Source: Hormiphora californensis
Lineage: Eukaryota > Animalia > Ctenophora
Reading direction: 5' to 3'
Assembly (NCBI GenBank): GCA_020137815.1
Contig: CM035360.1
Span: forward strand, 868,001 to 932,000
DNA length: 64,000 nt
The position numbers and the translations under genes are program-made. The notes beneath the pieces are model-generated. The model made no database searches. It saw only the letters and a list, made by a program, of their open reading frames with translations, and had not been told where the DNA came from. Each line of letters starts with the position of its first letter. Positions within the stretch are counted from its first letter, which is position 1. Shown piece after piece: positions 56,820-64,000 of this stretch.

Positions 56820-57792
56820 ATGGCTCCTTCATTTTTCCGAATCAAAAGGGGGATCAAAACAATGGCGCTGCCCACTGCTGGCCTATTGATGATGGGTTAT
56901 TATACGATTAAAATTATTGGAACACCAACTGAAAACTACAAAGCTATTGAGGTTTGTGAAAGAGGAAGGGCGGGTGGGTGGGATCACCATTTTAGTTCTG
57001 CTCCCACCCGGGTGGGATCTGAACAAAAACGGTGATGAGGCGGAATCTATCAGCTGATTACTTTTAAATCTGTGTCGAACAATTTTAGAACTTGTACCTA
57101 TTAATTAGGTAATGATGTGTATACATAATTCAGTATAAGGTGCTAATGTACTCATTAAATTTCAGAGAAGCAACATCAAATCAAAGAGTAAAGACTTGAA
57201 CTATTTTGATCGAGAGGTTGTGAGGGCAGTGGAAGAGGTAATATGTTATTAAAACCGTTCTGGAGATTTGACAGTTCAATCAACAATAATTTAGGATCAT
57301 TTAACTGTATTTAATAAAAGTCATACTTTTGTGGTTTATCAATTTTGATCAACCCATTCCTTCCCAGATTAACGTGGAAGGAGTCAATCCAGTACGGTAT
57401 TGGGAAAACTTGGGGAAGGAGCGAGCAGAGGCGGAGAAACTTAGGAGAAAACAAATCCGTCAACTTATCAAAGAAGGTAGTTAAATTTCACCGGTGCGAT
57501 AAATTTCTCTGGAATTAATTGTGAGAGCACTTTCCTCAAATTTCAAAAGATTTCTTTATGACATTTTCATACAGGTAACGCAACAGAGGAATCAGTTATA
57601 AAAGCTTTCAAGGACTCAGATAATCGTTATGTAAAAGACACTTTGGAACAAGTAGCGGATGCCTCACCTCGACTTGTTGAAAGTATTTATGGTAGCGAAG
57701 AGGAGCAGCAGAGAATGAAGGGAAATTTAAATGTGAATGAGGAGGATAGTCAACATAGAAACAGTGGGAATGAGAATAGTGAGAAGGGATGA
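56820..57792 (+). CDS. Small four-exon protein (176 aa) with an N-terminal hydrophobic helix; weak resemblance to COX16
   Basis: Phase-compatible exons 56820-56951, 57166-57237, 57368-57476 and 57575-57792 (stop); MALPTAGLLMMGYYTIKII TM-like segment, NPVRYWEN motif, acidic tail. Confidence 0.65.
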
Positions 57793-58005
57793 GTTGGAAA
57801 TGTGTGATTTATATTTGTGGCCCTCATTTTTTTCTTATATTTTCCCTTTGTTTGTAAAATTCCCTATCGTTTAATTTTGGAAACCCCCCCCCCCCCTTGG
57901 CCCCTAGACCCTAGTAATATTCCTGAAAGATCCGCCAACACATTATAAAATGTATTTCCATTGGCTCTTACAACAAACACAATATATATTTCTAGTAGTC
58001 CCATC

Positions 58006-60573
58006 ATGGCTCTCTCCCGGCTATCTCTCCGCTCTGTTGGGCCTCTCCTGCTTTCCCGGAGTGCAGTGACATCAGCAGTGATGGAGCGGCTCCAAGCTAA
58101 ACGAGCGGAGGCCCTCCTAGGAGGTGGACAGAGGAGAATAGATGCACAACATAAAAAGGGGAAACTCACCGCAAGGAGAGGGTTGAGGTTAGAAACAATT
58201 GATTACCTGTGTTTAATACTATTCAAGTTTTTTAGGCTGCCGATATTTCGAGAGAAACCAAAACCTCAATTCTACATCTGTTATGAACGTTACACTCTAA
58301 CTTGAACGATCTAATATTCGGGTTTTTAGATTTAACAAAACCTCCTTGTTCTCAAGATTAATTAACTTCCTATTGTTTTCAACACACCTCCTGTTGTCAC
58401 CAGGTACTCCTGGATGAGGGATCCTTTGTAGAGTGGGATCAGCTAGTGGAGCACGATTGTACTGACTGGGGGATGGAGAATACACGACATCCGGGGGATG
58501 GTGTCGTGACAGACTGGCACTGTAAATGGAAAACAGGTCGGTAGTAGACACATTACAGATTGGATCCTGATTTATACTTGTCTCGTAAAGTACTGTAACT
58601 TGAGCAGCGTGTAATTTTATGACAATAATTTAGTGAGCTGCCCCCGGCGGTAATAGCCCGGTATATCGGGTTTATGGTAGAAATAAAATCACTCAGTAAC
58701 ACTCTTTTTAGTTAGAGTCTACAATTTGGCATAATTCGCGGGATGGAGAAGAGATTTTATCTAGTATTTATTAAAGCTGGTCAAGTTATTATATTGCCTC
58801 GCTATATAATATCCTCACACAATCCCCCTTGTCATCAGGTGTTTCTATTCAGTCAGGATTTCACCGTATTTGGAGGAAGTCTCTCAGCTATGTATGCCAA
58901 GAAGATCTGCAAGATAATGGATCACGCAGAAATGGTAAAATAGAAATTTCCAAATCTTCCCAAATCCCCACCCGCCCTTAAAAGAAACGAAAACCAAGGA
59001 AATCTTGTGCCCCGTTTGCCAACAAAATATCAGCCCAAAATACGCAAAGATTAACTAAACTAAATACCTGATCCCCGATATATTTCAGGTTGGTGCCCCA
59101 CTTCTCGGACTAAACGACTCCGGGGTGCGAGGATCCAAGAGGGGGTTGCCAGTCTGGGTGGCTATGGGGATATCTTTCTCAGAAATGTACTGCTATCAGG
59201 AGTTATACCCCAGGTTCGAACTATTTTCATCTCACCCCCCCCCCCCCCATCCCTCGGCCACCCGTACCATTAGTTGCAATCGAAGATACTTGTGAAACTA
59301 AGTCTTTCCGACCCTTTTATACGATATCTGGATCTAGTATGTTAGACTGAGGGGGGGAGGGGGGCATTTTTATGTCTCATACGGTATTCTATCAATTTCC
59401 GTTTCCTAAATTCCATGATTACACCACCCTCAGATTTCCCTGATAATGGGCCCGTGTGCGGGAGGAGCAGTTTACTCGCCAGCCATCACTGACTTTACCT
59501 TCATGGTCAAAGGAACATCCCACATGTTCATTACCGGGCCTGACGTCATAAAACAGGTGAGTTGTGACGTCATAATGACGTCATCAATTTTTAGTTTTAA
59601 CCATTCATCTGATTCTAAAGGGGTGTGAGGGGTGACCTCGCTCCGACTTCTGTGCTCCAAGCACGGGTGTGACAGGGTTCCACATGAGGGGTGAGTGACA
59701 TGGATTTCTTTAGATTTAGCTTGAAAAAGCATCGGTTTTGGACCGTTCCCTCCTCCCAATAGCTTGTTGACATAGCCCAAAACCAAGCTAGCGGAGGGGG
59801 ATTAAGAGCTCAAACGGGCATACGATGGTGATGTATGACTTTTGGTGAAAGTGAAGTTTCTTGTCAGAGTGGTAAATCCGGGTTCCTTTAGTACTGCAGG
59901 GGGGATCTTGTTAGCCAATAGGAGGGCACCAGATGGTGCGCGCTGATTGGTTCCTTCAGCAGCCAATGACGAGGCAGGAAATCGGATAGTTTCAGACAAA
60001 TTCAGGATAGTTTGTTCCCAGGTAGAAAAACAGTCTCAAGGCTTCCTCTTCAGATTTCAGGTCACATACTCAACAGAGCAGAGCTGACACACACAGGCTC
60101 GACCAGAGATGGGTCCAGTGAGGCACATTTCAGCACATGTACGGCGTCCAAGTCGGGCATCGCTGGGGACCACAGGGTCACACCCGTGCTTGGAGCACAG
60201 AAGTCGGAGCGAGGTCACCCCTCACACCCCTTTAGAACCATTCATCTGACTAAAAGTGAATATCGGATTATATGTAATATTGAAAATAAAGTTGCTCAAC
60301 TTCCCAGATATAGAATGTATTCGGGTAACCTTACTACAAACAACTTCTCCCCTCACTCCTCATGTTACGCTGCCTCGTTACCTCGTTACCCTACCTCGTT
60401 ACCTCGTTACCCTATCTCGTTACCCCTCAGGTTACTAACGAAGAGGTTACCCAAGAGGAGTTGGGAGGTTGGGGAGCACATTGCTCCACCTCTGGTTGTG
60501 CTGCTGGGGCCGCTGAAAATGATGTTCATCTCCTTCTACAGACACGACGACTTCTCAGTTTCCTCCCTTCCAA
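58006..60573 (+). CDS. PCCB: Propionyl-CoA carboxylase beta chain, mitochondrial (5' exons; gene continues beyond the window)
   Basis: Exons 58006-58187 ([22 protein letters not shown]), 58404-58536, 58839-58934 ([19 protein letters not shown]), 59089-59213 ([13 protein letters not shown]), 59434-59556 ([24 protein letters not shown]), 60431-60573 (VTQEELGG); three small deletions need correction. Confidence 0.93.
59613..60237. mobile_element. Non-autonomous TIR element with 61-bp perfect TIRs and 12-bp TSD
   Basis: TIRs at 59613-59673 and 60177-60237; CCATTCATCTGA at 59601-59612 and 60238-60249. Confidence 0.85.
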
Positions 60574-61124
60574 GTAGGTGTATTACTTGTGTGGATGGTT
60601 TTGGGAAGGGAAGGAGTTTGGGAAATGTAGGGACACCGGTTAAGAAAATACGGGAATCTTGGATTGGGCTATTGCTAGTTTTGGGGCTCCAATTGCTGGG
60701 TCTCTCGCGCGGGTTTGGTATCAGGCGCGCGCGCCCGGTGGAGCTAACCTTCAAACATCAACATCAACCCATGAATAGAAAACCCTTTAAAAGGTCCTTT
60801 AGGCTCCGATCAGAGTTGTGAATTAATAATACTTATCAGTGTGCTGCAATGCAATATAATTCAATGACACATTAAAAACTGTTATATTCCACACTCGACA
60901 TAATACTGTCCCAATTATCCTACTGAGCTTTGGACATTTTGTTCTCTTCACGTTTCCTGACTTGCGCCATCGTGCTCTCAGTTACCCAAAGAGATCCTTT
61001 CTGGGACCTGTTTGGGAAGAGTTTCGGCTGGTTAGAATCCTTCCTTCGAGCCCACCCCAGATGGGTAGAACAGTGGCTGATAGTGTGGATAATCCATACT
61101 AAGTTTTGGTATCTAACTGCTTGC

Positions 61125-61233
61125 CAGGAACCGACCGAATCAGGAAATACTGGTCCCTGATTGGCTGATAACCAGTCACGTGACCTAAATAACGAGTTCT
61201 GATTGGTTGTTCACTTGTTTCGGTCGGTTCCTG
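61125..61233. mobile_element. 109-bp hAT-like MITE
   Basis: Both TIRs present; CTGCTTGC at 61117-61124 recurs at 61241-61248 after a 7-bp spacer. Confidence 0.88.
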
Positions 61234-61287
61234 AATCCTGCTGCTTGCACTGTTACTCCATGTTTAGATGTTGAATGTGTATTCTAT

Positions 61288-64000
61288 ATAATAATAATAA
61301 TAAATTATGACATCAATGTCATCTCATATATTTTCTCAAACTTTCTTTACCCTATTCAACTTCATAACCTTCAAAGAGTTAAAATAAATATATTTATCTC
61401 TTACATAACATCTTATTTAAATCACTTCTGAATTTCAATATACGTTGATTCCTTTGCATTTGGCAAATTTAGGATTAGAAATCATATAATTCACGTAGGC
61501 ATCACGCCCGTCAGCACGTAGTTTATCATAAATCAATGAGCTAAGCTCCCAGAATTGGCCATTGGAAGGTAAACCAGCTGATGTAATCCCCACCTTGTAC
61601 TTCTCCAAACGGGCTTTGAAAGCATTTACTGATGGGGCTTCTTTCACTGTCGCAGGTAGCTTGTTCCAGTAGTTGGCACATCTGTTAAAAAGCACAGAGT
61701 CACCCTTGGAGTCTTTCAAGATGTTTGCACCACTCCTCGACAAACGAAACAAGTCCTGCCCGTATCGAACCTTTCCAGTGATGATCTTGTATGCCTCGAT
61801 CAGGTCACCCCGCATTCGTCTCTCTAGGAGAGTTGTAAGTTCAAGTTCCTTCAGTCGCTCTTCATAAGTGAGAAGCCCGATTCCATCAATCAGTCTGGTG
61901 AACGATCTCTGAACATCCTCCAATTCCATGATCAGCTTCCAGTAACCATGAGATGCTGGAGGATTCCAAATCTGAACTGCATATTCAATGTGCGGTCGAA
62001 TAATTGTTCTGAATATGTTCAGCATGACTTCCTTGCTTCGGCTGATGACATTCCTGATGACCCATGCTGTGACAGATTTGGCCTTCTTGATGGCAGCCCT
62101 GGCGTTTTGATCCCAGTGAAGGTCACCAGAGGTTCCAACACCAAGGTCCTTCTCATAAGAAACTTCAAGCAGAAGATCCCCGTGCAGATAATACGGAAGA
62201 TGAGGATTCTTCGCACCAACATGGAGAACCTTACACTTCCTGTCTTGCACGTTGAACTTCAGGAGCCACTTCCTTTCCCATTCCTGTAGAGCCACGAGAT
62301 CTTCTTGCGCCACCTGATGATTCTCCGTACTTGTCACCAGCTTCAGATCGTCTGCAAAGAGAGAGACAAAACTCGATATTCCACCGGGAAGGTCGTTGAT
62401 GTACAAGAGAAACAAAATTGGGCCCAGGACTGTGCCCTGGGGCACACCTGACATCACCTCAAAGAGCTCAGAGAAAGTGCTCCCAACTCTGACTGAGAAC
62501 CGCCGACCCGAGAGAAAACTTCTTATGATGTTGCATGTTTTTCCTCTGATCCCATACCTCTCCAACTTTATAAGCAACCGTTTGTGTGGGACCGTATCAA
62601 ATGCCTTTTGAAAGTCAAGGTAGAGGATGTCAGCACTCCCTCCTGAGCTGAGTATTTCATTAACTCTGTCCATGCACTCAAGTAGATTAGACACGCACGA
62701 TTTGCCGGGTAGGAAACCATGCTGCTCTGCAGCAAACAGTGGGGCAGCGAACGAAAGAATATGGTTCCGTAGTATCTTCTCGAAAACCTTAGCCAGCACA
62801 CATGTAAGACTTATAGGACGATAGTTGGATGCCTTAGCTTTATCGCCCTTTTTATGGAGTGCAGTCACATGTGCTGTTTTCCAAAGTTCAGGGATCGTCT
62901 CTGTGTCATAGCACCGCTGAAACAGATCTGCAATCAGCTGTACGACAAACCGATTATCTGAAAGAGATTTCAGGAGCTTAGGATGAATTCCGTCCGGTCC
63001 GAAGGATTTGCTGATATTCAACTTTAAGAGGTGATTTTCTACGGTGAAGCGGTCGAAAACAAGGTCTTCGATCACTCGATCAGTTTCCGTTTCGATTGTG
63101 AATGTAGGAGGGTCTTCATTGACAAAAGTACTGGCGAAGAAAGTCCCGAGCTCGTCCGCCGTTTCCTTTGCAGAGCTGATAACTCGTCCATCAGAGGTTT
63201 TTAGCCCTGAAATAGCAGACTTGATTTTGCGTTTCCCATTCAGATAGCTGTAGAAACCTTTAGTATTGGACTTGAGATTTCTAGTGATCTTGTACTCATG
63301 AGATGAAAGAGCTCTGCGCAGTGTTGTGCCGAACAACTCCTCCTCACGTAATGCAGCTCTCAAATTCTTGCCAGTTGGAAATTCATCGAATACAGCCCAA
63401 CATTTCTCTTTCTTGTTTCGAGCCCTGACCAAGTACGGCGTGTCCCAGGGAGATTTAGTCTTTATGCAGCCAGTTCTCGTGACACTGATCTTAGTAACAG
63501 GCACTGCCTCGGATATGACCGTAAGGTTTCTCAAAACAAGTCCCCATAGGTCGTCCACTGAGTCAGATGGATCATAATCCCAAAAAAGATTGCTAGCTTC
63601 AGTCTGAATCTGCTCCTTGGTAATTTTTGACCAATTCCTCTTCTCTGTAGAGATGTAATCACTGTCATTAGCAACTCTCCATGAACTGACAACTCCCACA
63701 TGATCTGATTTACCCAGAGGTGCTGTTATCTCGAAACCTTTAAAAATTGTGAGGTCAGAAGTAAGGACGTTATCGAGGGTTGAAGACTGAAGAGTAGAGG
63801 AGACGACACGCTGGCGAGTTTTAACATCGTCACCGATAACCCACCTGAGGCCATGGTTGACAAAAAAATCTAAAAACAGCTGTTGGATCACATACTTTTG
63901 ATTACATGTATCTTGCGGGCAATTAACCACACCATTATCCCATGAAACATCTGGAAGATTGAAATCCCCCATGAAAATTAGTTCATGATCATTGCACTTT
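61288..64000 (-). mobile_element. CR1-like LINE, antisense in a PCCB intron (5' end outside the window)
   Basis: Uninterrupted ORF2, 3' UTR and (TTA)n tail at 61288-61303. Confidence 0.9.
61435..63972 (-). CDS. LINE ORF2 (APE endonuclease C-terminal part plus reverse transcriptase), N-terminus outside the window
   Basis: GDFN, SDH, GPDGI, NYRPISLT, YLDFQKAFDTVPH, GVPQGTVLGPILFLLYINDL and LFADDLKL motifs; 845 aa without stops. Confidence 0.95.
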   Translation of the reverse strand: MGDFNLPDVSWDNGVVNCPQDTCNQKYVIQQLFLDFFVNHGLRWVIGDDVKTRQRVVSSTLQSSTLDNVLTSDLTIFKGFEITAPLGKSDHVGVVSSWRVANDSDYISTEKRNWSKITKEQIQTEASNLFWDYDPSDSVDDLWGLVLRNLTVISEAVPVTKISVTRTGCIKTKSPWDTPYLVRARNKKEKCWAVFDEFPTGKNLRAALREEELFGTTLRRALSSHEYKITRNLKSNTKGFYSYLNGKRKIKSAISGLKTSDGRVISSAKETADELGTFFASTFVNEDPPTFTIETETDRVIEDLVFDRFTVENHLLKLNISKSFGPDGIHPKLLKSLSDNRFVVQLIADLFQRCYDTETIPELWKTAHVTALHKKGDKAKASNYRPISLTCVLAKVFEKILRNHILSFAAPLFAAEQHGFLPGKSCVSNLLECMDRVNEILSSGGSADILYLDFQKAFDTVPHKRLLIKLERYGIRGKTCNIIRSFLSGRRFSVRVGSTFSELFEVMSGVPQGTVLGPILFLLYINDLPGGISSFVSLFADDLKLVTSTENHQVAQEDLVALQEWERKWLLKFNVQDRKCKVLHVGAKNPHLPYYLHGDLLLEVSYEKDLGVGTSGDLHWDQNARAAIKKAKSVTAWVIRNVISRSKEVMLNIFRTIIRPHIEYAVQIWNPPASHGYWKLIMELEDVQRSFTRLIDGIGLLTYEERLKELELTTLLERRMRGDLIEAYKIITGKVRYGQDLFRLSRSGANILKDSKGDSVLFNRCANYWNKLPATVKEAPSVNAFKARLEKYKVGITSAGLPSNGQFWELSSLIYDKLRADGRDAYVNYMISNPKFAKCKGINVY

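Noticed and set aside
60012-60821. 269-aa ORF
   Set aside because: It runs through a TIR element, intronic repeats and a PCCB exon in the wrong frame.

Overview
This is eukaryotic animal genomic DNA with GT-AG spliceosomal genes; I found no CRISPR array, rRNA or tRNA. Several features suggest a ctenophore: nested intronic genes, many intronless genes with an unpaired splice acceptor just upstream of the ATG, and a 109-bp MITE whose translation I recall from Pleurobrachia gene models (recall only, not verified). Order of content: (1) the 3' part of an EDEM2-like GH47 gene (+, 136-19273) whose introns contain an antisense BTB gene and two antisense, probably GPI-anchored alpha-carbonic anhydrases; (2) a frameshifted intronless coiled-coil gene; (3) a multi-exon SAXO/FAM154-like gene; (4) an intronless TMC channel gene; (5) a tandem array of six intronless BTB-domain genes with a near-invariant N-terminus, hypervariable C-terminal loops and mosaic copies, invaded by a LINE and three long foldback DNA elements; (6) a small four-exon membrane-protein gene; (7) the 5' part of PCCB, with an intact CR1-like LINE in its intron. 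Many frameshifts, including three in PCCB, look like long-read indel errors, so pseudogene calls are provisional. Exon coordinates were derived by hand.
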